Source: Eledone cirrhosa (lineage: Eukaryota). Taken from it: DNA of 64,000 nucleotides. The notes beneath the pieces were generated by a model, which made no database searches, was not told the origin of the DNA, and worked only from the letters and a program-made list of their open reading frames with translations. Position numbers and translations under genes: made by a program. Where the stretch lies: NCBI GenBank assembly GCA_964016885.1, contig OZ024751.1, positions 22,444,001-22,508,000 of the forward strand, written 5' to 3'. Positions 1 through 13,239 of this stretch are shown piece after piece (position 1 is the first letter of the stretch; every line of letters begins with the position of its first letter).

Positions 1-1354
1 CAACACAATCAACATCATAACCAGTATGACCACACATAACATAATCGACAATACCACGTACACCACAACCACCATCACCGTAACCAACACCATCACAACC
101 AGCAGCACCACTACAATGACCATCACCACCACAACTATCACCACCACAACCAACACCACCACAACCATTACCACTACAACCAACACTACCATAACCACCA
201 TCACCACCACAACCATCACCACGACAAACAATACCACCACAACCAACACCCCCCATTACCAACTCCACTACAACCAACGCCACCACAAACAACACCACCA
301 CAACCAACACCACCACAACCAACAACACCACCGCAACCAACACCACCACAACCAACAACACCACCACAACCAACACCACCACCTCAACCACCACCACAAC
401 CAACACCACCACCACAACCAACACCACCACCACAACCAACACCACCACCACCACAACCAACAACACCACCACAACCAACACCACCACCACAACCAACACC
501 ACCACCACAACCAACACCACCACCACCACAACCAACAACACCACCACAACCAACACCACCACCACAACCACCACCACCACAACCAACACCACCACCACAA
601 CCAACACCACCACCACCACAACCAACAACACCACCACAACCAACACCACCACCACAACCAACACCACCACAACCAACAACACCACCACAACCAACACCAC
701 CACAACCAACAACACCACCACAACCACCACAACCAACACCACCACAACCAACACCACCACCTCAACCACCACCACCACAACCAACACCACCACAACCACC
801 ACAACCAATACCACCACCACAACCAACACCACCACAACCAACAACACCACCACAACCAACACCACCACCACAACCAACACCACCACCACAACCAACACCA
901 CCACCACCACAACCAACACCACCACCACCACAACCAACACCACCACCACAACCAACACCACCACCACAACCAACACCACCACCACAACCAACACCACCAC
1001 CACAACCAACACCACCACCACCACAACCAACACCACCACCACAACCAACAACACCACCACAACCAACACCACCACCACAACCAACACCACCACCACAACC
1101 ACCACAACCAACACCACCACAACCAACACCACCACCACAACCAACACCACCACAACCAACACCACCACCTCAACCACCACCACCACAACCAACACCACCA
1201 CCACAACCAACAACACCACCACAACCACCACAACCACCACCACCACAACCAACACCACCACCACAACCAACACCACCACCACCACAACCAACACCACAAC
1301 CAACACCACCACCACAACCAACACCACCACCACCACAACCACCACCACCACAAT
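1..1354. repeat. Degenerate (CAC/CAA/AAC)n simple-repeat tract
   Basis: Mosaic of caccac/aaccaa units; the His/Gln/Asn and Trp/Cys ORFs are just its translations. Confidence 0.95.
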
Positions 1355-1399
1355 TAACAATGCCAATACTATCACACAACTAACCACATCCAATACCAT

Positions 1400-2200
1400 C
1401 TACCACTGCTACCCCACCACCACCACACTACCAATACCGCCCATCCCCCCACCACTACACTACCAATACTGACTCCACCACCACCACCACTACCACCAAT
1501 ACCGCCTCCCCCACCACCAATGCCACCTCCCCCACCACACTACCAATACTGCCTCCACCACCACCACACGACCAATACCGCCGCCTCCACCACCACCACC
1601 ACCACACTACCAATACCTCCACCACCACACTACCACAAATACCGCCTCCATCACCACCACCACCACACTACCACAAATACCGCCTCCACCACCACCACAC
1701 TACCACAAATACCGCCTCCACCACCACCACCACCACCACACTACCACAAATACCGCCTCCACCACCACCACCACCACCACACTACCACAAATACCGCCTC
1801 CACCACCACCACACTACCACAAATACCGCCTCCACCACCACCACCACCACCACACTACCGCAAATACCGCCTCCACCACCACCACCACCACCACACTACC
1901 ACAAATACCGCCTCCACCACCACCACCACCACCACACTACCGCAAATACCGCCTCCACCACCACCACCACCACCACACTACCACAAATACCGCCTCCACC
2001 ACCACCACCACCACCACACTACCACAAATACCGCCTCCACCACCACCACACTACCACAAATACCGCCTCCACCACCACCACCACCACCACACTACCGCAA
2101 ATACCTCCACTACCACCACACTAACAATACCGTCTCCACTACGACGACCACCACCACCACCACCACCACACTACCACCAATACCGCCTCCCTCCCCCCAC
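1400..2200. repeat. CAC-rich minisatellite (core cacactaccacaaataccgcctccaccacc)
   Basis: Repeated core separated by variable (CAC)n. Confidence 0.9.
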
Positions 2201-2446
2201 CACGAGCTAGTTAGTTCATAGCAATAGTAATAATCTTTCTCTATCCCCCCTCCCCCTTCCTCCCACTCTCTACCCCCCCTCTCTCTCTCCATCTCTCCAC
2301 TCAACCATGAGACACCCAACACAAGACATCATCTATTTATTGCTGTCCACGACACCGCAGTGTCTAATGAACCCTGACACAATCTCTGTCAAACAGCACA
2401 AGATTTTCTTTCACTGAACACTAAACTAGCCACATTCTAAGCTATT

Positions 2447-2498
2447 TATCATCACCAGCACCACCACCGCCACCACCATCATCATCATCATCATCACC

Positions 2499-2529
<31 letters not shown>

Positions 2530-2820
2530 CCACCACCACCGCCACCACCATCATCATCATCATCATCATCACCACCACGACCACGACCACCACCACCACC
2601 ACCACCATCATCATGATCACCAACATCGCCACCGCTACCATCATCATCATCATCATCACCACCAACACCGCCACCGCTACCATCATCATCACCGCCACCA
2701 CCACCACCACCAACGTCATCATCATCATCATCACCACCAGCACCGCCACCATCATCACCATCACCATCACCAGCACCGCCGCCACCACCACCATCATCAT
2801 CACCATCACCAGCACCGCTT

Positions 2821-2853
<33 letters not shown>

Positions 2854-2884
2854 TCACCATCACCAGCACCGCTTCCACCACCAC

Positions 2885-2931
<47 letters not shown>

Positions 2932-3086
2932 CCGGCACTGCCACCATCACCACCATCATCACCGCCACCACCACCACTACCGTCATCGTCATCGTCACCG
3001 CCACCGCCATCATCATCACCACCACCACCATCATGATCATCACCAGCACCGCCTCCACTACCACCATCATCATCATCACCATCACC
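2447..3086. repeat. (CAT)n/(CAC)n compound microsatellite
   Basis: Direct inspection. Confidence 0.95.
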
Positions 3087-3987
3087 GTATATGTGGGTGG
3101 TAGTTGTTGGGGTGGGGCATATATGGGTGGTAGTTGTTGGGGTGGGGTATATGTGGGTGGTAGTTGTTGGGGTGGGGTATATGTGGGTGGTAGTTGTTGG
3201 GGTGGGGTATATGTGGGTGGTAGTTGTTGGGGTGGGGTATATGTGGGTGGTAGTTGTTGGGGTGGGGTATATGTGGGTGGTAGTTGTTGGGGTGGGGTAT
3301 ATGTGGGTGGTAGTTGTTGGGGTGGGGTATATGTGGGTGGTAGTTGTTGGGGTGGGGTATATGTGGGTGGTAGTTGTTGGGGTGGGGCATATATGGGTGG
3401 TAGTTGTTGGGGTGGGGTATATGTGGGTGGTAGTTGTTGGGGTGGGGTATATGTGGGTGGTAGTTGTTGGGGTGGGGTATATGTGGGTGGTAGTTGTTGG
3501 GGTGGGGTATATGTGGGTGGTAGTTGTTGGGGTGGGGTATATGTGGGTGGTAGTTGTTGGGGTGGGGTATATGTGGGTGGTAGTTGTTGGGGTGGGGTAT
3601 ATATGGGTGGTAGTTGTTGGGGTGGGGTATATGTGGGTGGTAGTTGTTGGGGTGGGGTATATGTGGGTGGTAGTTGTTGGGGTGGGGTATATGTGGGTGG
3701 TAGTTGTTGGGGTGGGGTATATGTGGGTGGTAGTTGTTGGGGTGGGGTATATGTGGGTGGTAGTTGTTGGGGTGGGGTATATGTGGGTGGTAGTTGTTGG
3801 GGTGGGGTATATGTGGGTGGTAGTTGTTGGGGTGGGGCATATATGGGTGGTAGTTGTTGGGGTGGGGTATATATGGGTGGTAGTTGTTGGGGTGGGGTAT
3901 ATGTGGGTGGTAGTTGTTGGGGTGGGGTATATGTGGGTGGTAGTTGTTGGGGTGGGGTATATGTGGGTGGTAGTTGTTGGGGTGGGG
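3087..3987. repeat. 30-bp G-rich minisatellite, about 30 near-identical copies
   Basis: Unit gtatatgtgggtggtagttgttggggtggg in exact 30-bp register. Confidence 0.98.
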
Positions 3988-4307
3988 ATGTTTTTTTTCT
4001 TAAGCTTTAGTTTCTAGAATTTTAAATAGATTTTTCTCTTCGTTTAATTGTTTTTTGTTTTTATTTTAATTTCTATCTATTTTTCTGGGTATTTTTCTTA
4101 GTTAGTAATTAGTTAATTGATGAGTTACTTCCTCTTGCTTCCCGTGGAGCATCAGGTGAGGAGTGATCTCCACCTAAATGTTACAAGCTGTCATGTGCCT
4201 GCTCCTAGGCCAGGTCCTTCTCCACAAGCCTTAACTAGGTCTTGCTTGATAGGTCCGTCTTTGTTGGCCTTGTGCTTAAATCAGAAACCATTATTATTTT
4301 TAGGAAA

Positions 4308-4502
4308 GGGCGGTGGATTGGCAGTACCGGTAGAGGGTCGGACGCCATGCTTTGCAGCATAGAGTTACGGCCCTTTATGGTCTGAGTTCAAATCCCGCCG
4401 AGGTTAACTTTGCCTTTCATCCTTACGGGGGTCGATAAAATAAAGTACCAGTTATGCACTGGGATTATTGCTGGCCTTGTGCCAAAAGTAGAAACAATTA
4501 TT
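4308..4502 (+). mobile_element. tRNA-derived SINE family 1 (short type), full length, directly after the 3' tail of an older copy (4262-4298)
   Basis: A-box-like tggcagtaccggtag, B-box gagttcaaatccc, body ctttgcctttcatccttacgggggtcgataaaataaagtaccag, tail ccttgtgccaaaagtagaaacaattatt; many copies in the window. Confidence 0.9.
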
Positions 4503-4747
4503 ATGTTTAGGAAATAAATTGGCAGAACGGAAAGGCGGATTAAACACTGCAAGGTATTTCAGCCGACACACTAACAATTCTGCTAATGTACAACCTTGGA
4601 CTTGAACCCGGTTTATATTTATTGACCTCTGACCCTGAAAGGATGAAAAGGTAACGTTGGCTTAGTCTTAGATTTGAACTCATTGTGTAGAGTATTTAGC
4701 ATAATACTCTAACAACTCTGTCAATTCCCCACACTTGAGGTGAGTGT

Positions 4748-4802
<55 letters not shown>

Positions 4803-4835
4803 GTCAACGCTTATTTGTAAAACTGTTATATATTG

Positions 4836-4900
4836 TATTTTGTCTGATGAAGGCATACCATAATTTAATTTGGTATCCCTGAAATATGTATAATGAAATA
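4836..4900 (+). ncRNA. Minimal type I hammerhead ribozyme motif (family HH-A) in a (TA)n-flanked element of about 4801-4940
   Basis: Stem I tattttgt/atgaaata, core CTGATGA (4844-4850), stem II aggcatacca/tggtatccct, GAAA (4881), minimal stem III, AUA triplet ending at 4892; homologous to 56873-56938. Confidence 0.75.
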
Positions 4901-5226
4901 AATATGGTTTTATAAATATAGTTTCCATTTATTAATATCGTATATATATATATATATATATATCATAAAACATGTCTATAGAATCACCAGATAAAATATA
5001 TACCATTTCCTCTCCCAATTAGCATAATTAACCATATAAAAAGTCGAATAGACCAAGCTATAAGAATAAGGTTTCTATGAAGAAATCTCCAACAAATAAC
5101 CGAAACCAGCCCTTCGCGCCGGCTGCGACGGAATATTTATTGAGTATTTCGACAGCGTATATGAATCGCCCAGATATACAGTCAGTTAAACAGAATTAGG
5201 TGTAAAATAAACTAGGAGAAAAGTGA

Positions 5227-5286
<60 letters not shown>

Positions 5287-5349
5287 CTGTGTATGTATGT
5301 TATGTATGTATGGAGGCTTAACTCCCGTTTCAAGGAATTTTTTTAAAAA

Positions 5350-5610
5350 CCTGGTAGAGCCCATTTCCTCTCTTCAGGTGTGAATACAGCAGATTTCTTC
5401 CAGAGGAAAATAGAAAGTGATAGGAAGGAAGTATGAAATAGATATAGAGGAAGAATCAACTCCAGTACTTGACTGGTACTTTTTTTATTATCGACCTGAA
5501 AGGATAAAAGGCTAAGTTGAACTTGGCAGGATTTGAACTTAAAGAGCAGAGAGTCGGAACGAATACTGCAAAGCATTCTATCTGACTTTCTAATGACTCT
5601 ATCAATTCGT
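5350..5610 (-). mobile_element. Diverged SINE family 1 variant with an alternative 3' extension
   Basis: SINE body in reverse; the extension gaatacagc.gatttc.ttccagag is shared with 30870-31025. Confidence 0.65.
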
Positions 5611-6290
5611 CACCCTGAAATATATTCATGTACGACAAAGATGACCCCCCTGGGAGAGCAGAGAGCTGAAACGAATACAGCAAAGCATTCTATCTGACTT
5701 TCTAACGACTATCAATTCGTCACCCTGAAATATATTCATGTATGACAAAGATGACCCCCCCCCCCCCCCCTGGGAGAGCAGAGAGCTGAAACGAATACAG
5801 CAAAGCATTCTATCTGACTTTCTAACGACTCTATCAATTCGTCACCCTGATGAAATATATTCATGTATGACAAAGATGACCCCCCTGGGAGAGCAGAGAG
5901 CTGAAACGAATACTGCCAAACATTCTATCTGACTTTCTAACGACTCTATCAATTCGTCACCCTGAAATATATTCATGTATGACAAAGATGACCCCCCTGG
6001 GAGAGCAGAGAGCTGAAACGAATACTGCCAAACATTCTATCTGACTTTCTAACGACTCTATCAATTCGTCACCCTGAAATATATTCATGTATGACAAAGA
6101 TGACCCCCCTGGGAGAGCAGAGAGCTGAAACGAATACAGCAAAGCATTCTATCTGACTTTCTAACGACTCTATCAATTCGTCACCCTGAAATATATTCAT
6201 GTATGACAAAGATGACCCCCCTGGGAGAGCAGAGAGCTGAAACGAATACAGCAAAGCATTCTATCTGACTTTCTAATGACTCTATCAATT
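5545..6290. repeat. ~112-bp tandem repeat, about 6.5 copies, derived from a SINE head plus flank
   Basis: gagcagagagctgaaacgaatac recurs at about 5656, 5776, 5891, 6003, 6115, 6227. Confidence 0.92.
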
Positions 6291-6539
6291 CACACTTGAG
6301 GATATTCTCAGGAATTGATAAAAGTTCAGCCGAGGGGCTGGGTTCTTTTGCAATACAATCAGGCAAATACATTTGAAAAGTCATCAACAAAAATAGGATG
6401 AGTTTGTAATGGCAGATGAGGGGAGGTGGTAGTGGTGGAGATGGAAACAACCACCCAGTATAGTGGGGAAGAAAGGGGGGGGGGAGGGAGCAAAGACCAA
6501 CAAAACAAACAGAATTGTTCAACTGTAATCTGTAAATTA

Positions 6540-6596
6540 TGGTGATGATGATAACTATGGTGGTATGGTGGTGGTGGTGGTGGTAGGGATATTGAA

Positions 6597-6627
<31 letters not shown>

Positions 6628-7075
6628 GTAACTGTCGTGATGAGAATGTTACTGTTGATGATGGTGGTGGTGGTGGTGGTGGTTGAGGAGATAAACATAT
6701 GTTGATGATGATGATAATTGTAGTGAAGGGTGGGGTTAATGAAGATGATGATGATGATGATGATGATGATGGTGGTGGGTTTAATGATGACGATAGGGAT
6801 GATGATGATGGTGGTGGTGGAGATGCTTATGATGATGATGATGATGATGACGTCAATGATTACAATCAGGATTTGAGGTAAATTGTGATGAAAGTAGTGT
6901 TAGTAATGAAGATAATGATAGGGATAATTCTGACTGGCTCTGATGATGATGATGATGATGATGATGATACTTCTGACTGATGATGATGATGATGATGATG
7001 GTGATGTTGTTAATGATGGTGATGATGGTGATGTTGTTAATGATGGTGATGATGACAATGATGATGGTGATGATG

Positions 7076-7107
<32 letters not shown>

Positions 7108-7145
7108 GATGTTGTTAATGATGGTGATGATGACAATGATGATGG

Positions 7146-7177
<32 letters not shown>

Positions 7178-7219
7178 GTGATGTTGTTAATGATGGTGAT
7201 GTTGTTAATGATGATGGTG

Positions 7220-7251
<32 letters not shown>

Positions 7252-7459
7252 GATGATGATGATGTTGTTAATGATGGTGATGATGATAATGATGATGGTG
7301 ATGATGATGATGATGATGGTGATGATGATGGTGATGTTGTTAATGATGGTGATGTTGTTAATGATGATGGTGATGATGATGATGATGATGATGGTGATGA
7401 TGATGGTGATGTTGTTAATGATGGTGATGATGATAACGATGATGGTGATGATGATAATG

Positions 7460-7490
<31 letters not shown>

Positions 7491-7510
7491 CACTGATGAT
7501 GGTGATAGTG
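6540..7510. repeat. (GAT)n/(GGT)n compound microsatellite
   Basis: Direct inspection. Confidence 0.95.
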
Positions 7511-7587
7511 GCATTCTAGTCAAACACCCTTTTCTATTTTCCTCCACCTCTTCCCTGTCTTAGCTTTAAAAGAAAATTGAACCACGA

Positions 7588-7735
7588 CTGGTGTTGCCTT
7601 GTGGTTAAGATGTTGGACTCGCGGTCATAAGGTAGTCGTTTCAATTCCTGAACTGAGCAGCACATTACGTTCTTGAGCAAGATGATTCATTACACATTGC
7701 TCCAATACATTCAGCTGAAAACATTGAATACCAGC
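7588..7735 (+). mobile_element. Degenerate SINE family 2 5' half
   Basis: A-box-like gccttgtggttaag and ttcttgagcaag...ttgctcca...tcagctgaaaa, matching 44321-44460. Confidence 0.65.
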
Positions 7736-7989
7736 ATCAGCAACAGTAGCAGCAGTAGCTGTGGATTAACTCCTACAACTTACTGGAGTTTGGTTCATGA
7801 AGGACTAGGGGTGCTTTTCAAGATAGAACTAAGGCCCCTATGAGTAAAAAAACAAACAAACCCCAAATATCCAGAAATCTCCCATGAGATACAGCCTCGT
7901 AGAAGGCCAACTAAACGTGCATAGGTGTGAGCTGGAATAACAACAACAGCAATTACCGCTGAGTTATTAAAGTAGTTTTTTTTTAGTTA

Positions 7990-8590
7990 ATTAACATTTA
8001 GGATTCTGTCACCCTTATGACTCCGCCAGGAGTTGCGGGCTATATCATACCACGTCGTGAAATTACGATGGGAGGTGTTTAAATAAATATAAACATTTTA
8101 AAATAGCTTTGTTTTGTAGAACCATGCGTAGTGAACTTATATCAGATATTATCAAATATTTAAGCTGATGATTGGAGTATAGCTTAAAGGTTCTTACATG
8201 AAATTATGATGGAAGGTATATAAATAAATAGAAACATTTGAAACAGCTTTGTTTTGCAGATCCTGGGGCAGTGGTCTTAGGTGAATTGTTAACAAATAAT
8301 TAAGCTGATGTTTGAGGCATAGCTTAAAGGTTCTTACATAGAATTATGATGGAAGATTGTTAGATAAATATAAATGTTTAAATCATACGGTTTCGTGTTG
8401 TAGAACTAAGTGCAGAGGTCTTAGATGGGTTGTTATCAAATAGTTAAGCTGGTGTTTGGAGCATAGCTTAAAGGTTCTTACATAACATTATGACGGACGG
8501 TTCTTAGATAAATATAATCATTTAAAAGAAGCAGCATATTATGGTAGAACCATAGATAACATCAGTCAGTTCGGTACCAAAAGTGTTAGT
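7990..8590. mobile_element. Non-autonomous element with ~120-bp internal tandem units, related to 50690-51270
   Basis: Unit taagctgatgtttgg.gcatagcttaaaggttcttacat repeated; end ggtaccaaaagtgttag resembles gatatcgaaaaagttaa at about 51253-51269 (possible TTAA-type terminus). Confidence 0.55.
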
Positions 8591-9074
8591 TCTGTTGTCT
8601 ATGTGTTTATAGACATGGTGCAGTAATTTTGGAGCAAGGACATGTCACTGGCCCTTTGGATGTTCGTTCAGCCTTCTGCAACTCTCACAAGTTCTCTATT
8701 GTATACTAATTTTGACCGAAGGCAGGATGCATGCGATAGTTATCAACTAATTACTTATTGGTGTCAGGATGTGAGAAGTCATGGGAGAAACTGTTTGACT
8801 GGTTTTGAAGGAAGACAGGATGGATGTAATAACTATGCGATATATAATTAGATTTTGGTTTTGACTGAAGGAAAATTATGATGCTTATTCTACTTACAAA
8901 AGTATATGTAAGATAACAGAACTGATAAAAGCAGCCGGCTAAAATATTTTGAAATATAATGTCAGTGTTGTTTTAATATTTTCCAAGTTCAAATCTTGCC
9001 AGGGCTGACGTTACCTTTCATTGTTCTGGGGATTAGTGTGGGATTGGAAGAGTCGTTAGTCTAAAAAGTCTGTC

Positions 9075-9398
9075 TTGAGCCTGGAGACTCATCTGACCGA
9101 TGCTTATCCATGTTTCCGTGGCGTTAAGGGACTGAGATTATACGACTGCCCCCTGGACAGGATGGCAGTCCATCACAGGTTAAAGACTATCTCGAATCCG
9201 GAGGCTCATCGGGACGGTGCTTATCTTGGTTTCCGTGGCGTTAAGCGACTGAGAGTACAATATCCCCCCCCCCCTCCCCCAGGATAGGAAGCCAATCCGT
9301 CGTAGGGTTAACCCCCTAGCTATTGCTGGTAATAATGTTCAGCTAAGTATACTGGAACAACGTGAAATGAAGAGATTTGTTCAAGAACACAACACGCC
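9075..9398 (-). mobile_element. SINE family 2 with a duplicated 3' segment
   Basis: Reverse complement of 44385-44575; the tgcttatc...gtttccgtggcgttaag segment is present twice. Confidence 0.8.
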
Positions 9399-9399
9399 G

Positions 9400-9530
9400 A
9401 GTTTAGCGTTGTCTTTCATTCTTACGGGGTCGATAAAATAAAGTACCAGTGACACATTGGGGTTGATTTAATAGACTTTTCCCTTCCTCCTAAAATTGTT
9501 TCCCTTGTGCCTAACTCAGAAACCATTATT
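9400..9530 (+). mobile_element. SINE family 1 (long type), 5'-truncated
   Basis: ctttcattcttacggggtcgataaaataaagtaccag...ccttgtgcctaactcagaaaccattatt. Confidence 0.8.
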
Positions 9531-9709
9531 GTTGTTATTGTTATTATCAATATTCTGTTTTGTTGTTCTTAAAGCTAAAATACAAGCAATCTTCATATTT
9601 AAAGTCGTTTAGATCGTTAATATTGAACAATTCGAACAATGAAAATCAATAAAATATACTTGGAAAAATCAACAGAACTTCATTTTTTAAATTTTGATCA
9701 GGAAAGTGG

Positions 9710-9870
<161 letters not shown>

Positions 9871-10229
9871 CACACATGTATATATATATATATGAGAGAA
9901 AATAATTAGTAGAAACCAAATAATAATAATAACAATAATAATAATAATAATGATAATTGCAATGATGATGATGATCATACTAATAAAACACTTTAGGAAA
10001 TAATAAAAGTAAATGACTAATGAATAATAATGTCATTGTTATTTTGCGTTTAGTAGACTTTTTGAGGTAATTACTATTCTACTAGTTTACCAATCAAAAT
10101 AATATTTAAATAAGGGAGAAAAAAGAATTTCTTCTTTTCTGTCTATACTACAAAGTAATCAATTTACTTTGAGATTCACAGATGGCTTAAATTGAATGTG
10201 GGTGGATCAGAAAAAATTGCTAGCGTGTC

Positions 10230-11420
10230 CAACAACAGGAATAACAGCGCAGCCACAACAACGCAACAGCATCGTTTAACCAATAACATTAACAGCAACA
10301 ACATTGTTTAACCAAGAACAACGCTACAGTATAAAACAATACCACGGTAAGTAGAACAACACACCACCATATTTTAACCAACAATAACAATATCGTTTAA
10401 CTAACAACGAGAATGACACATCCCCGCCGTTTAACCAATAATAGCAACACCGTTTCTCCAACTACCGGTCTGTCTCTGACAGGTTTGCGGTCGTGCACTT
10501 GGCAGGGGAGACTTCTGGTGTCCTTGGCACCTAGGACTACCTCCCTACTCCCTACTATAGGCGCTGAGCTGGCCAGCCGCAGGTGTGAGCCTCGCCAGAT
10601 GGAATGGCTCTTGCAGCGCATCTCCCTTACCATCCTCCGGGGAAACGCCTTCTCCATTCTGTCCGTCGGGGCTGTGGGGCGACCAGCAAATAGGACCCGA
10701 TTTGCTTGCAATACAGAGCGATGGGGAGGGCGAGAGAGATGGAGGTGATGACGGTGGGAGTTCGGCTCTTCCGTGTTGGGACACATTGCATCTGTTATGT
10801 GGATCATGTGATATTTTTCCATATATACATTACGTAACAAAACCGTTTAACTAACAAACACTACAGCACAACACACCACCATCTTTTAACCAAGAATAAC
10901 AATACCGTTTAACTAACAACGACAACAGCAGCACTACAGTACAACACATCCCCGCCGTTTAACCAACAATAACAGCACCGTTTAACTAACAACAATGACA
11001 ACACTACAGCACAACACCCTACCGCCGTTTAACCAACAATAACAACATCGTTTAACTAACAACAAGAACAATTCTACTGTACAACACAACACAACACAAC
11101 TGTACAGCAACACATCACCACTGCTTAACTAACAACAACAACACCATCACAGTAGAACAACACATGATCTTTTAACCAACAATAACAACAGCGTTTAACT
11201 AACAACACGAACAACACTGCAGTAGAACACAACACAACTGTCCAGCAACACATCACCACCATTTAACCAACAACAAGAACAACAACAATACTACAGTACA
11301 AACCATGCTACAGTTTAACGAACAACACCACATTACAACACAACAGCAGAGTACAGCAACACATTCCCACCGATTAACGAACAACAACAAGAACACTACA
11401 GTGTAACACACCACAATCGT
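10230..11420. repeat. Degenerate AAC-rich minisatellite (gtttaactaacaac) interrupted by a LINE fragment
   Basis: The same motif lies on both sides of the 10455-10835 insertion. Confidence 0.8.
10455..10835 (+). mobile_element. 5'-truncated CRE-type (RLE-encoding) non-LTR retrotransposon 3' end, frameshifted
   Basis: Translates YRSVSDRFAVVHLAGETSGVLG then, after a frameshift, PRTTSLLPTIGAELASRRCEPRQMEWLLQRISLTILRGNAFSIL, matching the ETxGxxG...QRISxAIxRGNA C-terminus of CRE-like elements; 3' UTR shared with 62520-62675. Confidence 0.75.
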
Positions 11421-11497
11421 TTAAGTCATCACCATCATTAATATTATTATCACCCCACCATCATCATCATCATCATCATCCTTATCACCATCATACC

Positions 11498-11684
11498 TGG
11501 TGGATTGGCAGTATCGGTAGAGGGTCGGACGCCATGCTTTGACGCATAGAGTTACGGCTCTTGCCATTCTGAGCTCAAATCCCGCCGAGGTTAACTTTGC
11601 CTTTCATCCTTACGGATGTTAAAATAAAGTACCAGTAATACACTGAGATAATTGCTGGCCTTGTGCCAAAAGTAGAAACAATTA
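11498..11684 (+). mobile_element. SINE family 1 (short type), full length
   Basis: High identity to 4308-4502. Confidence 0.9.
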
Positions 11685-11726
11685 TGTTTATATCCGCTAT
11701 CATCATAACCATCATCATCATCATCA

Positions 11727-12510
11727 TGTATAATGTGAAAATAAAACAGGGTCTTTATAGTTGCGATCTGTAGGGGATGACCTCAGAAAATACAGATAGT
11801 AATATGGAAGGGCCACATTGTATAATGTTGTTGGGAAAATAAAACAGGGTCTTTATAGTTGTGATCTGTAGGGGATGACCTAAAAAAATACAGATAGTAA
11901 TATGGAAGGGCCACATTGTATAATGTTGTTGGGAAAATAAAGCAGGGTCTTTATAGTTGTGATCTGTAGGGGATGACCTCAAAAAATACAGATAGTAATA
12001 TGGAAGGGCCACATTGTATAATGTTGTTGGGAAAATAAAACAGGGTCTTTATAGTTGCGATCTATAGGGGATGACCTCAGAAAATACAGATAGTAATATG
12101 GAAGGGCCACATTGTATAATGTTGTTGGGAAAATAAAACAGGGTCTTTATATTTGTGATAAGTAGGGAGTTGACTACAACCACAGCAACTACATAGAGTA
12201 AAATGGAATGGCCACATTGTATAATGTGAAAATAAAACGGGGTCTTTATAGCTGTGATTACTAGGGGCTGACCTCAGTGACAGCATCTACAGAGAATAAA
12301 ATATAAGGGTCACATTGTATAATGTGAAAATAAAACGGGGTCTTTATAGCTGTGATTACTAGGGGCTGACCACAGTCACAGCATCTACAGAGAATAAAAT
12401 ATAAAGGTCACATTGTATAATGTGAAAATAAAACGGGGTCTTTATAGGTGGGGTCTGTAGAGGCTGACCGCAGCAAGGAAAAGGGGTTAAATGGGTCACA
12501 TTGTATAATG
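11727..12510. repeat. ~98-bp tandem repeat, about 8 copies, diverging toward the right
   Basis: aaataaaacagggtctttatag recurs every ~98 bp. Confidence 0.92.
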
Positions 12511-12619
12511 TTTTGACAATATAACAGAGTAAAATGTGATGTTCATGACTAGAACAGATTTGATAATAGCTGTGATGAATAATGGCTGACCTAGGATAAC
12601 AACAGATCAGAAACAGCAT

Positions 12620-12793
12620 AGAGATAGAGAGAGGGACGGGGAGAAAGAGAGGGCATGGTGAGAGAGGGACGGGGAGAAAGAGAGGGCATGGTGAGAGAGA
12701 GAGAGAGAGGGGGGAGAGAGTGAGAGGAGAGAGTGAGAGTGAGTGAGAGGCAGGCAGAGAGATATAGACAGAGGCAGAGAAAGATTGAGAGGG

Positions 12794-12877
<84 letters not shown>
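12620..12877. repeat. (GA)n microsatellite and degenerate flank
   Basis: Direct inspection. Confidence 0.95.
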
Positions 12878-12880
<3 letters not shown>

Positions 12881-13239
12881 GCCTGCCATTAAATGTTTAC
12901 AGAATCAAATGGAATTTTTGCACGAATTGGCTCTCATCTTCCTATCAGGTATGTCATGTATTGCAGATATCGAAGATCGATACAGCAAACATCATCAATG
13001 GATCATTACATTATTTATTGTTACATCCACCCCTTCTCCACCCCTACTGTCGCCCTTAAATCGATATATCAACAGAAAGTCATGTTATGATAGTTATTAG
13101 TGGTAGGCTGGGTGGCGTTGATGGGTGGGTGTGGGTTATTTATTGGCAAGAGAAAAAAAGAAACAAAAACACACGTGTAATTACTAGTGTACCTCCCCCA
13201 CTCCTTCACACACTCACTCTCAGCATCTACCATATTGGA

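Noticed and set aside
26-4017. Long His-, Thr-, Trp- and Gly-rich ORFs, and similar ORFs throughout the window
   Set aside because: They are translations of stop-poor simple repeats, open in several frames and on both strands.
5846-5910. CTGATGA...GAAAC in one unit of the 112-bp array
   Set aside because: It arises from a 3-bp duplication in one unit, with no stem II or stem I pairing.
12903-12948. Plus-strand mini-exon candidate (also 33101-33201)
   Set aside because: Splice-like motifs only; the second has stops in all three frames.
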